Shown piece by piece: positions 17,896 through 27,504 of a stretch of 64,000 bases of DNA. Numbering within the stretch: the stretch's first letter is position 1; each line of letters opens with the position of its first letter. Both the position numbers and the translations under genes were made by a program. Below the pieces are notes generated by a model, which was not told where the DNA came from, did not search any database, and saw only the letters and a program-made list of their open reading frames with translations. The stretch comes from an uncultured Porphyromonadaceae bacterium (GTDB taxonomy: Bacteria; Bacteroidota; Bacteroidia; Bacteroidales; Muribaculaceae): positions 19,177 through 83,176 of the forward strand of contig UQLO01000005.1 in the NCBI GenBank assembly GCA_900541865.1, given 5' to 3'.

Positions 17896-19695
17896 TCAGG
17901 CAAAGAGGTTAGGGCAGCTGTAGAATATTTTGTCGAGAAGGAAGTACAGGCCGGTCAGCGTAAGCACTGCGGCGGCAGCCAAGGCTATCTCTCCCACGAT
18001 TTTCCACCATGGCTGCGGGCCGTCGACCTCGATGAGTTCGTACTGCTTCTCGTCGGGCTCCAGAGGCAGTTCCAGCGCCGGGAAGGTGCGTACCGGGGAG
18101 TACATCTCGACTTTGGCCGGCCGAGTATAGTCGAAGCTGTCGCTGCCGAAGAACATCATGCCGTTGCCATCGAGCTGAGCGGTGATGCGCTTGCTGTCCT
18201 GGCTTACTATGCAGGTCACTCCGGCCGCCGGTGCTCCGTTGCGCTGCACAACGCGCAGGCTCACGTCGCCCAAGTTCGGCACCGAGTCGTAGGGCAGACG
18301 GAACACATACTCTGTCCGGTCGGCATCCAGCAGGAAGTCCTCGCGGTAGTTGGGTTGATTGGTGTCGCAAACCGTCATGGTGTTGCCGCTCAGCACGTGG
18401 ATAGGCCCGACGCAGCCTTCGGCGTCAGTAAGGCAGTCGACCATGCCGCTGCCGTCGCCGATGTTGATGCTCACCGGGTAGAAGGCCATCGGCGATTCGG
18501 TATTGTCGATAACGCGCACTCGGCAGTCGAATTCAACCGGTATGGGCGTGTCGAAGGCCATGTGGAACTCAACGGTGCCGTCCTGCGCCGGCTGGCTTTC
18601 GGAGCGGTCGCGTACGGAGGCCGTAACCTTGCCCCCGGGAACATAGTCGGCTTCGAAGGAGGCCGAACCGTCGTCGCCGGTGTAGACGTTGACCACAGCG
18701 CCGTTGGGCAGCGTTAGCGAAACGCGCTCGCCCGCGATGGGCGCGCCGTTGTCGGTCAGCGTCACCTTTATGAGTGTTTTCGGTACTCGCGGTGTGGTGC
18801 TCTCGAAGACGAACTCGTTGAGTATGTCGCGGCGAAGCTCGCGCTCCTGAGTGGAGTTGCGGAAGGTCACCGCGCACTGCTCGTTTTCGAACCACGGCAG
18901 CGTGCAGCCCGCCGTGCCCTGCTCAAGAGTGAGAATGCCCGACCGACGACCGTACTTGATTTGCACGTCTTCCCCGCTGATGGGTGCGTCGTCGTGGCGG
19001 GCGATGACCCGCAAGGTGAGGTACTGCGTCACGTCGACGTTGATATTGGTCGTCGTCGGCTCAACCACGGTGATGCGCTCTATGCCCGTGGCGGCATCGC
19101 GAACCGAAATCTGAGCGCCGGGCATATGCCGCCCGAAGCTGTAGTAGCCCTTGTCGTCGGTCTGTGCCGTGGCCCACTCCATACCGCGGGCAAAGCTGAA
19201 CTCGCGGTTTGCAACCGGCTGCCCGTCGATCGAGAACGAAACGGTGATTTCGTTGATATTGTCCGACTCGATGGTTTCCGATATCACCGTGGCGTGCGCG
19301 CGGTTATAGTTGGCGAAGCCCCAACCCGTCAGGCGAAGTTCCAGCGGACCGTCGTTGCGGCGACGTACGAAGATGAAGTCGTCGTTCGGGAAGGTGAATA
19401 CCTGCTTAATCTGTTGGGCACGAGCCGGCAGTCGCTTTATGGCTTTTTCCTGAAGTTGGGCCAGAAGGGCGCGGGCCTCTGCCTGGTCGCCCTCCGAAAC
19501 AACCGTAAGCGGCTTCCAGCCGTCGGCGTCGGGCTCCGACCAATAGTAGCTGCCGTGGGTAACGTAGACCGGCGCAAAATACTGTGCGTCAGCTCCCATG
19601 GTTTGCTTGATGCGCGCGTTGGCGACATCGCGCACGTTCCAGTTGGCTACTTGCCAGTGGACTTCTGTGCTGGGTACTTCTTTTATCTTGGGCAT
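17896..19695 (-). CDS. Tail-anchored membrane protein with a globular N-domain and several Ig/CarboxypepD_reg-like beta-sandwich repeats
   Basis: Repeated ...VSLTLPNGAVVNVYTGDDGSASFEADYVPGGKVTASV... type modules. C-terminal TM helix IVGEIALAAAAVLTLTGLYFLL. A 6-bp gap to the next gene. Confidence 0.5.
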   Translation of the reverse strand: MPKIKEVPSTEVHWQVANWNVRDVANARIKQTMGADAQYFAPVYVTHGSYYWSEPDADGWKPLTVVSEGDQAEARALLAQLQEKAIKRLPARAQQIKQVFTFPNDDFIFVRRRNDGPLELRLTGWGFANYNRAHATVISETIESDNINEITVSFSIDGQPVANREFSFARGMEWATAQTDDKGYYSFGRHMPGAQISVRDAATGIERITVVEPTTTNINVDVTQYLTLRVIARHDDAPISGEDVQIKYGRRSGILTLEQGTAGCTLPWFENEQCAVTFRNSTQERELRRDILNEFVFESTTPRVPKTLIKVTLTDNGAPIAGERVSLTLPNGAVVNVYTGDDGSASFEADYVPGGKVTASVRDRSESQPAQDGTVEFHMAFDTPIPVEFDCRVRVIDNTESPMAFYPVSINIGDGSGMVDCLTDAEGCVGPIHVLSGNTMTVCDTNQPNYREDFLLDADRTEYVFRLPYDSVPNLGDVSLRVVQRNGAPAAGVTCIVSQDSKRITAQLDGNGMMFFGSDSFDYTRPAKVEMYSPVRTFPALELPLEPDEKQYELIEVDGPQPWWKIVGEIALAAAAVLTLTGLYFLLDKIFYSCPNLFA

Positions 19696-19710
19696 ATCCT
19701 TGTGTGGTTT

Positions 19711-20679
19711 TTATCGTGTTACAGGGCCGGCTTCGAGGTTTGTGAGCCGGTCTTTTACGCTCGCGAAAGCCCGCGAGGCTTCCTCGCTGAAGAGTAGCGA
19801 GGGCAGGTTGGCCTGAAGTGCGGTCAACTGTTCGGCCACCGCCACCGCCGCGGCCGGGTCGTTGATGAGCCGACGGTCGGAGGGCAGGCTTCGAAGTGTG
19901 GCCAGAAATTGGCCGCGCTCGGCGTTCTTGTATGTCGTTTCAGCGTTGGTAATGCGGTCCACAAAGCGCTGCTCGGCAAGTGCCGGCCGCAGCCAGCTCA
20001 CGTTGGAGAGGTCCTCGCATCTTGCCAGGCGGTCCTGAAGATTGCGGCGCCGGCTGTCCATGCGGGTGCGTAGGGCGGAGTAGTTTTCCAGACGGTCGTC
20101 CCAGTCGAGCGAGTAGCCGGCCGCCGAAGGCACAAGCCGCAGGTTGAAGCGCGGGCTTGTGACGAAGGTCTGGGTGGCGAAGCTGTGGATGCCGTCCCAA
20201 ACCTCGCGGTCTTCCATAAGGCGGGCGTAGATGCCCCGCTCCCGGGCTACGGGGTAGTCCGCGCCTATTCTTTCGAGGCCGGCATAGCTTGGAGCAAGCA
20301 CGCTGTGACGACTCGTGCTCGTCGGAGTGGGATTGGAACGGTAGACGCCACGTACTATACTGTCGAGCTTCACCATTATGCCGCTCACCAACTGGTCCGA
20401 CATCTGCTCCTGCGAGCTCTGGCGGTCCGGATGAGCGATATACGAGCATGCATTGGCATAGAGCGTATCGTTCCAGCCGCCGCCGAACATCGCCACATAT
20501 TCGCGGATAACGGCGCCTTCTTCGCCCCCAACATCGGCTATTTCCTCTACCTCGATGTGGATGTTGTCGCCGTGGAAACGGTGGCGGCCGCTCGGCTTGT
20601 CGGGCGTCATCAGTATATAGCCCAGGATGACTGTCCCGACCAACACTCCTATAACGGCCAGTATCTTGATGAAATTCAT
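19711..20679 (-). CDS. N-terminally membrane-anchored hypothetical protein (322 aa)
   Basis: TM helix MNFIKILAVIGVLVGTVILGYIL. The rest is soluble and helical. No motif recognised. Confidence 0.45.
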   Translation of the reverse strand: MNFIKILAVIGVLVGTVILGYILMTPDKPSGRHRFHGDNIHIEVEEIADVGGEEGAVIREYVAMFGGGWNDTLYANACSYIAHPDRQSSQEQMSDQLVSGIMVKLDSIVRGVYRSNPTPTSTSRHSVLAPSYAGLERIGADYPVARERGIYARLMEDREVWDGIHSFATQTFVTSPRFNLRLVPSAAGYSLDWDDRLENYSALRTRMDSRRRNLQDRLARCEDLSNVSWLRPALAEQRFVDRITNAETTYKNAERGQFLATLRSLPSDRRLINDPAAAVAVAEQLTALQANLPSLLFSEEASRAFASVKDRLTNLEAGPVTR

Positions 20680-20687
20680 TCGGGGGC

Positions 20688-22538
20688 TTATTTATCGACG
20701 ATTGGTTCTTCGCTTTCTGTTTCCGCACGGTCGAGTACCTTCATACTCTCGTCGGTGGGGGTGGCTACGGCTGTTTCGGCAACAACGGAGTCGGTTGGTG
20801 CAGAGGCCACTGTCTGTTCGGCCGGTGCGGTGCCGAAGCCAAACTTTCCAAGGACGTTGTCGTAGGCGCTGATAAACGTGTCAGCCATTAGCACTCCGAT
20901 TACGATGCCGGCTATCATCAGCACCATTCCCACAACCGCCGGCAGAAGCGAGCGCCAAATCTTCCAGCTTCCGGGCACGAAGTTTTCGTATCGGTAGGCG
21001 AAAAGATCCGAAACTCGGCTGAAGAAGCCGTTTTTCTTGGCTTGGGTGAAGTCGGCTTTGTAGTTGCCGTCGAGGGTAGAAAGTATTTGGGTCTCTTCCC
21101 TTGCCGGTATGCCCAGGAAGGCCTTGGCGCGATGCGTCTGCAGGTTCAACTGAATATCAATAGTAGCATTCCGGGTCTGGCCGTCGGGGCTTAAGGTGAA
21201 AATAACCTGCGATGCAAAATAGAATTCCGGGGACGCATTGTCGTCTGCAGTCTGAACGGTGATGGTTTCACTCGTAGTATTCATGCCCACAGGCAAAACC
21301 ACGGTCAGCGTCTTTGCCGACGGGGCCGTTTCGGCATTTTGGGGCCCGGGAGCGGGAGGCATCACGGGGACCGCAGGTGCCTTGCGACGTACTTTCACGG
21401 TGATGACATTCCCCGTCAGCGTAGCTCCGACGATGTTGTAGACGCTCGTGGGAGGAAGGCTGAACTTAGCTGCCAGCGCCGTCGCGTCGTGGAAGTCGCG
21501 CTCGAAGCTGACTATGTCTTCGCCAATAAAAGTGTAGCCTATGGGATTGACCGGGATGGGAGCAGTGCTCTCAAGAGTAGTCAGCAGGTCCGGCAGGGGA
21601 AGAGGTCGGTGGTCGCCGTCGACAACATTCACCGTAAAGGTCTTGCGAAGCGCCGGAGGGCTGAAAGACAGCGTGACTTCGCCGGCCTCCGGACTCAGAG
21701 TCGCCTCAACGAAGGGCGGAGTGGCTATTTTTCTGTCCCCGTTGCAGTATGCGGCTTCGACTTGGGCCTCTGTCAGGGTGTACTGCATGTCTTCGTAGGC
21801 CTGCGGAGAGTAGTCCAGTTCGCGGGTATTGATGGTGATGGCGCCCCCGTCCATTGCTCGTGGCACGAAGCTGCCGTTGCGCCGTCTTACGTTCACCAAA
21901 ACTTTGAAGCGAACCGCAAGCTCATCCGGGAAGAACATAAACCGAGGCTGAGCCGTCTCCTTGAACGGCCCGAAATAGACGGTCGACGAATCTTCCAGGC
22001 GTGTGCAGTGGGGCAGGGCGGCTATCAGGGCCGGTATGTTCTCTTCGGTGGCGGTAACGTATTGGGGATGGCCAGATGCGTGCCGCATAGTGATTTCGCC
22101 ACCCCAGCGGGGCTGGATGTGGAATTGTCCCAGCAAAGCCCCCAGGTCCGCTTCCGGGAAAGCCGGACGAATCACACCCGGCGCAAAGCGCAGCGTGTTG
22201 CCCAGATGCACAACGGGGTTGCCAATCAGCATCTTGGTGGCTTCGTGGAGTATATAGGAGGGTGCCACGGGCTGGTTCTGCGCGTTCAGGAAGGTGTAGC
22301 CGTGGGGCACCCGCAGTAGTATGCGCAGCGCCTCCGTGCGGCCCGAATTGCTCACGAAGTTACACAGGGCCAGCTCGTAGGTGTCCCATTCCGGACCAAG
22401 TATGGCCGAAATATAGCTTTCGCCCGAACACATGGCGTGAACGTCTTTATCCTCCGGCGCCGGGCCGGGCCAGTTTATCTGGGTGAATACCAGAAAGCCG
22501 GGATGACGGCCGGCTATTGCCAATCCTATTTGTGCCAT
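20688..22538 (-). CDS. Hypothetical 616-aa protein with a C-terminal TM helix
   Basis: Large soluble region plus a Pro-rich segment. TM helix LLPAVVGMVLMIAGIVIGVLMA near the C-terminus, then an acidic tail. An 8-bp gap to neighbours. Confidence 0.45.
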   Translation of the reverse strand: MAQIGLAIAGRHPGFLVFTQINWPGPAPEDKDVHAMCSGESYISAILGPEWDTYELALCNFVSNSGRTEALRILLRVPHGYTFLNAQNQPVAPSYILHEATKMLIGNPVVHLGNTLRFAPGVIRPAFPEADLGALLGQFHIQPRWGGEITMRHASGHPQYVTATEENIPALIAALPHCTRLEDSSTVYFGPFKETAQPRFMFFPDELAVRFKVLVNVRRRNGSFVPRAMDGGAITINTRELDYSPQAYEDMQYTLTEAQVEAAYCNGDRKIATPPFVEATLSPEAGEVTLSFSPPALRKTFTVNVVDGDHRPLPLPDLLTTLESTAPIPVNPIGYTFIGEDIVSFERDFHDATALAAKFSLPPTSVYNIVGATLTGNVITVKVRRKAPAVPVMPPAPGPQNAETAPSAKTLTVVLPVGMNTTSETITVQTADDNASPEFYFASQVIFTLSPDGQTRNATIDIQLNLQTHRAKAFLGIPAREETQILSTLDGNYKADFTQAKKNGFFSRVSDLFAYRYENFVPGSWKIWRSLLPAVVGMVLMIAGIVIGVLMADTFISAYDNVLGKFGFGTAPAEQTVASAPTDSVVAETAVATPTDESMKVLDRAETESEEPIVDK

Positions 22539-22545
22539 GGTGATG

Positions 22546-24528
22546 TCAGCCTATTATGGGTTTGGTGAAGTAGCTGCGTATCTGGCGGCCGAAGCTGCCC
22601 GGTCGTTCCGGCGGGCAGTAGTCGCATATTACGCGAAGTATGGTCGACGATCCCGTCGGGTCGTAGCGGAACATATTGCCGACGGTGAATTTGCCAAGAC
22701 TGAAGGGGAACACGCGCGGGTGACCGTTCAGCGCAGGGTCGGTCGACACATTGATTTTGTGGCGTATACAGCCCTGAATGAGTTTTTCGCGAGTGGCCAG
22801 ATTAAGAATCTCGGTCACTTTACGGTGTGCCGTCTCGCGGGGATCCCCCGGCGGCAGCGTGTCGCATTTGGTAACGATGAAGTGAAGACCGTCGACGGAG
22901 TCCATGATGTCGGCGTTCGAGTTGTAGCCGTTGTCGTCGCCGAACATCAGCGCTATCATCGCCTCAAGAGCCTGCGTCTGCTGCTTGGCCTGAAGGTATT
23001 CCGCCGTCGGGTCTACAAGGAGGAAGAACACCTTCCTGTTGCCCGACCGAAGTATTTCGGCGGCGTTGACGCCCATATCCTCGAAGCTGAGCACAGGGCG
23101 TCCGTACTGGTCGTGGCCGTGCGCTATGCCGGTGCGGAAGGCCTCCCCGGCCATCTCGAAGAGGTTGAATTTGTAGGTATATTTGTCGTCGAATTTGGCG
23201 ACTTCAGCCTTGATGGTGGCAACAAAGTCGCCCGGCGTGCCCGAAACCGCGATGCCGTGGTCAGAATAGTCCTTAAGGATGGCGCCGTAGTCGCCGCTGT
23301 AGCGCCGCTGGTCGAACCACAGGTTGTTGTGGCGCAGCAGTCCGCTCAGCACACATGTCTTGCCGGTCGACTGGATGCCGAAGAACACTACATCGGTGAT
23401 ACCTTCCTCTCCCAGGCCGCTGCCGTAGCGCGATTCCGAGTTCGGCAGTGGTGGCAGCGAGGCCAGCACGTTCTCGTAGTCGTAGACGTTGCTCTGGAGC
23501 ATGGCTTCGTCGAGGCCCGAAGCCTCCATAAGCTCTTCTTTGGTGAAGTACGGGCTTTCGAGCATACGTCGGAATTCAGGCACCGGTATCGTCGTCGGGT
23601 TGGCCTTCATGGCTGCGAGGGCTTCTCCCTTGAGTTCCTGGATTCGCTGGCCGGCTACTGCCGCGTAGGGATGGTTGGGGTTGGCTTCCAGGAAGTTGAT
23701 AATGGAGTATATGTCCAGCTGTGAGTACATCTGCCATTCGGCGGCGCTGTCGCGCAGTCGGGCCACACTGCCCGAGTGGCGACCGCGGCGAAGGAACATG
23801 GCATCGTATGTTTCGGCCGCGCCGAGTATGTCGCTTTGACGGTTTACCCACTCCCAGGCGTAGTCGTCGGCCTTGGCGCGTATGCTGTCGTCGACGGGCA
23901 TCGTTTTCAGGAAGTTGTCCAGCTCGCGGATGTCGCGGAGCTTGCCGTCCGGGCCGAAGAGCGCCGCCCAGCGGTCGGAGACAACCCGGGAATACATATT
24001 CTTTATTTCCTGCATCCACTGCAGGGTCTGCCTTACGTCGTCGGAAGCCGCCGGCAGCTTGCCGTGTACGTCGATGAAGTTGCGCATCGCCGTTATCAAC
24101 TCGCCCGGAGGCAGTGCTCCCGACGAGGCGTAGCCTTCGCGGGCCTGCGCCATACGTTCCTGCAGACTTATCCACGACTTGCGCTCGCGAAGGCGCTCGG
24201 CGTAGGTGCGGGCTTGCGCAAGGTGCTCGGCGGCGTAGGGTCGGCCGTCCCACTTGCTGAAGTAGTCGTTGAGCGCTTTCTCGGTGTCGGGATCGTCGAC
24301 GCGGTTGGTCACTGCGGCCGTCAGTTGCTCGAATTCGATGCCTTCGTTGGGATCGGGGAGCTGGTCGCGAAGCACAAGCGCCTCCCGAAGCACATTGTGG
24401 AACCCGGCATCGGAGGCCGCAAGATCCTCCAGGTCGGCCAGTGCAAATTTCCCCGTTTGGAGATATACTACCAACTCATTGGCGCTCTTCTTTTTGAGAG
24501 CTATTTTTTCGCTTGTCTTTAAGGGCAT
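22546..24528 (-). CDS. P-loop GTPase (660 aa): helical N-terminal half, C-terminal GTPase domain
   Basis: G1 GIQSTGKTC, G3-like FEMAGE, G4 IVTKCDT (TKxD). Confidence 0.55.
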   Translation of the reverse strand: MPLKTSEKIALKKKSANELVVYLQTGKFALADLEDLAASDAGFHNVLREALVLRDQLPDPNEGIEFEQLTAAVTNRVDDPDTEKALNDYFSKWDGRPYAAEHLAQARTYAERLRERKSWISLQERMAQAREGYASSGALPPGELITAMRNFIDVHGKLPAASDDVRQTLQWMQEIKNMYSRVVSDRWAALFGPDGKLRDIRELDNFLKTMPVDDSIRAKADDYAWEWVNRQSDILGAAETYDAMFLRRGRHSGSVARLRDSAAEWQMYSQLDIYSIINFLEANPNHPYAAVAGQRIQELKGEALAAMKANPTTIPVPEFRRMLESPYFTKEELMEASGLDEAMLQSNVYDYENVLASLPPLPNSESRYGSGLGEEGITDVVFFGIQSTGKTCVLSGLLRHNNLWFDQRRYSGDYGAILKDYSDHGIAVSGTPGDFVATIKAEVAKFDDKYTYKFNLFEMAGEAFRTGIAHGHDQYGRPVLSFEDMGVNAAEILRSGNRKVFFLLVDPTAEYLQAKQQTQALEAMIALMFGDDNGYNSNADIMDSVDGLHFIVTKCDTLPPGDPRETAHRKVTEILNLATREKLIQGCIRHKINVSTDPALNGHPRVFPFSLGKFTVGNMFRYDPTGSSTILRVICDYCPPERPGSFGRQIRSYFTKPIIG

Positions 24529-24564
24529 GTCTGTCGGTGGTTTAAGAGAAAGATGACAGGGGCG

Positions 24565-25545
24565 TCAGAGGGGAAATCCAAGGGTATCGGAAATCTTCTT
24601 GCCTTTGTCGATGCCCTTGCGGAGGGCGCGGTAACTGATCAGATAATAGAATAAAGCAATAACAGCAGCAAAAACCGCCAAAACAACGGACCGCCAGTGC
24701 GGCTTGCAGACTTTGGCAAATTCCGCTTTGTAGTAGTGCGGCTGATAGCGGTAGACGGTCGGCTCGTTGCTTCGGATTGTGTACTGGTTGCCGGTGCCGG
24801 CGTAGACCATCGGCAGTTCCATCGATGCCGATATGTCGGTCAGAACCCGTCCTACTTGACCCGACAGGGTGTCCAGCTGTTCTCCCAACTCGCCGTAGCG
24901 AAGCGGTATGCGCGAGTTGCCGTTTTCGTGGAGGCGCTCTATGCCTCTGTTGAAGCTGTTGCGGAACATTCTGTTGCCCAGACGAAGGTCTTCTATGCGG
25001 GCCTGCATGGTGCCTCGGTTATTGTTGATGATATTTTGGCTGAAGTGCTGCGGGTTGGACCCCAAGGTGTTGGAAATATAGGCGCCCAGCGCCGGCGAGC
25101 AGTTGCGGTTGCCCAACCGAAGATAGTTCTCCAGACCTCGGAATGTGCCGTCAAGGCGCGCTGTCTCGGTGCGGTCGAAGGTCGCGATCAGGCTGTCGAT
25201 GCCTACGATGTCTTCATCGGCCGCCGCCGATAGTTCACCGCGCTGGAAGATAAAGTTGATGGTGATGGAAGTGGGTAAAACGGCGAAGCCAAGTATCACA
25301 AACAAGACCGCCATGGAGGCTATCTCTACGCTAAGCCACTTGCCGAAGTCCGTGGTGCACGTTTTTCCCTTGACTGCATAGAATAAAAGTATGAAGCCGC
25401 CGATAAGTACGCATACGCCTAAAATGACACTCAGCGGACTGCTCCAGCCGAGCAGCGAGCATCCGCAAGCGGTACCGGCCGCCATCACTATGAGTCCGAG
25501 TATGGAAATCAACATTCCTGCCGATATTTTTATATGTGTCTGCAT
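24565..25545 (-). CDS. Integral membrane protein (3 N-terminal TM helices and 1 C-terminal), hypothetical
   Basis: Hydrophobic segments MLISILGLIVMAAG, SVILGVCVLIGGFILLFY, MAVLFVILGFAVL and VVLAVFAAVIALFYYLI. Confidence 0.45.
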   Translation of the reverse strand: MQTHIKISAGMLISILGLIVMAAGTACGCSLLGWSSPLSVILGVCVLIGGFILLFYAVKGKTCTTDFGKWLSVEIASMAVLFVILGFAVLPTSITINFIFQRGELSAAADEDIVGIDSLIATFDRTETARLDGTFRGLENYLRLGNRNCSPALGAYISNTLGSNPQHFSQNIINNNRGTMQARIEDLRLGNRMFRNSFNRGIERLHENGNSRIPLRYGELGEQLDTLSGQVGRVLTDISASMELPMVYAGTGNQYTIRSNEPTVYRYQPHYYKAEFAKVCKPHWRSVVLAVFAAVIALFYYLISYRALRKGIDKGKKISDTLGFPL

Positions 25546-25558
25546 TTCTTTCTTTGTG

Positions 25559-27445
25559 CTATACGGTTTTTATGAGGAATGGAGCGAAATTGTTCCACCA
25601 CGATGCATTGACCGCGGTGACGGTAGCTTTGGAAGCCGGATTGGCGCTCACTGTGAAGGTGATGGGGTCGAAGCCGCGCCCCGTTTCGGATGTGCCGGTG
25701 GTGGCCGAGCAGTTTATGTTGATGCTCGTGCCCTGGACTTCGCTGGTAAAGTCGGCTTCGATGGGTGCCGTGTCCCGTCGGTTGGAAATGTAGCGCAGTT
25801 TGCCGCTGTCGGTCCCGGTGATTTCAAGCTCCATGGTGTAGATGGGAGGCAGCGCCGTGGCGTCGTCCGTCCCTAAATAGTCGATTTCGCAGAACTTGAA
25901 GGTGCCGCGGCCGGAGGCGAGGGCTGCACGGAAGTCATCGTAGTTCGCTATGGTGGTGTAGATTTGCTGCAGAGCCGGCCCGATCTGGACTATGGGGCCG
26001 ATGGTGCTGCTTTGGGCGCCGCGCACCGGAAGAGCCGTGCTTTGGAGCACTTCTATGATTTCCGGAGTGGTCAGCGTCGGGTCTATGCTCTTCACCAAGC
26101 CCACGCAGCCCGCAACTATAGGCGCAGAGAAGCTCGTACCGTCAACGAGGGTGTAGCCCGTGGTGCCCGGTATAAGGCCGGGAACCTGCGCGCCCGGTGC
26201 CGACAGTGTGCTCTCGAAGATGCTGTCCGAGGCGATGTTGCCGAAGTTGCTGAACTCCGCTTTGCTCATAGAGGCATCCGTGGCGCTGACCTTGATGGTC
26301 TCGTCGCCGCGCTTGGAGGCATCCAAGGCAAGGAATATGTTCTCATTGCCTGCCGCCCACACTATGCTGACGTAGTTGCGCCGGGCCATTTCGAACACGT
26401 AGTGCCACACTGCCTCCTGGGCTATAAGCTCTGTCCGGGCGGCCGCTATCTGCTGCTCGAGGGGCCATCCGGCAACCTCTTCGGCGAAGCTAAGTCCGGC
26501 CGAGATGTTGATTACCTGCGCTTTGTGGTTCATCGCATAGAGTATGCCCTGAAGCATGGCCAGACAACCGAAGCGGTGTCCCAGGCTGATGGGCAGGAAG
26601 CTGCATTTGGGGGCCATGCCGGCACTGGCGCGGCCGTTGCCGGTGGCGCCCAGCACAATTCCGGCAACCATGGTGCCGTGAGCGTACGTCGGGTCGGGAC
26701 GGCTCGGGTTGTAGTCCGAAGGCAGGGCGACGATGGAGTCGCCGCGGGCCACGCTGTAGGGCCGGACAACGTTGGTTTCGGCAAATTCTGCGTTGCTCAG
26801 ATCGAAATAGCTGTCGACAACGGCTATCAACACGTCGGGCGAACCCATGGTGAGGTCCCAAGCGTCGTAGGCCTTTATGGCGTCGAAGTAGTAGGCGTGC
26901 TCGCTCCGGCCGAAAACCGGGTCGTTGGGACGAAGCCCCATCTCCATAACGCTTTCCTCGAAGACCATGAAGGGTATGTCGGGTATGCGCTCCGGAAGCT
27001 CCGTAATCATGGCCACGCGGCGCTCTGCCGGGACCTGAATCGACATCAGCTTGGTATTCGGGTCGTAGAAAAGTATCTGATAGTCCGGTGCCGGGTAGGC
27101 CGCCGTAAATTGCTCTACCCACGACTCGTATTCGGCTTGGCCGGTCTCGAGGTCGAAAAGCACGTTCAGGCGGTTCGCCACCAACTGGTGCCCGTCATCG
27201 TCAATGACGTCGTCCTCATTGATCGGAGGAACGACGACACTGACGGGCTGATTCGGACTCGGCACCCCCACCGAGGGTGTCTCGCTGTCGCGGCAGCTGC
27301 GGAACTGGCTCAGCAGGAACAGGAACAGCGCCAGAAGGGCTACAAAGCCTGCCGTCCGCAGAAAGCACCCCGCGCAGCCCCACGGTTCCCAGAAGAAGTA
27401 GTGCCACTTCACCGGTCCTTTGGAATCAAAATGTACGCGCTTCAT
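25559..27445 (-). CDS. Membrane-anchored S8 (subtilisin-family) serine peptidase
   Basis: N-terminal TM helix. Catalytic triad context: Asp AVVDSYFD, His HGTMVAGIV, Ser GTSFSAPIVAG. Confidence 0.8.
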   Translation of the reverse strand: MKRVHFDSKGPVKWHYFFWEPWGCAGCFLRTAGFVALLALFLFLLSQFRSCRDSETPSVGVPSPNQPVSVVVPPINEDDVIDDDGHQLVANRLNVLFDLETGQAEYESWVEQFTAAYPAPDYQILFYDPNTKLMSIQVPAERRVAMITELPERIPDIPFMVFEESVMEMGLRPNDPVFGRSEHAYYFDAIKAYDAWDLTMGSPDVLIAVVDSYFDLSNAEFAETNVVRPYSVARGDSIVALPSDYNPSRPDPTYAHGTMVAGIVLGATGNGRASAGMAPKCSFLPISLGHRFGCLAMLQGILYAMNHKAQVINISAGLSFAEEVAGWPLEQQIAAARTELIAQEAVWHYVFEMARRNYVSIVWAAGNENIFLALDASKRGDETIKVSATDASMSKAEFSNFGNIASDSIFESTLSAPGAQVPGLIPGTTGYTLVDGTSFSAPIVAGCVGLVKSIDPTLTTPEIIEVLQSTALPVRGAQSSTIGPIVQIGPALQQIYTTIANYDDFRAALASGRGTFKFCEIDYLGTDDATALPPIYTMELEITGTDSGKLRYISNRRDTAPIEADFTSEVQGTSININCSATTGTSETGRGFDPITFTVSANPASKATVTAVNASWWNNFAPFLIKTV

Positions 27446-27504
27446 TTATTGTGGATTATTAAACAATTTACACTCTGCTTTATTTAGTTGCTACGTTTTA
27501 GCTC

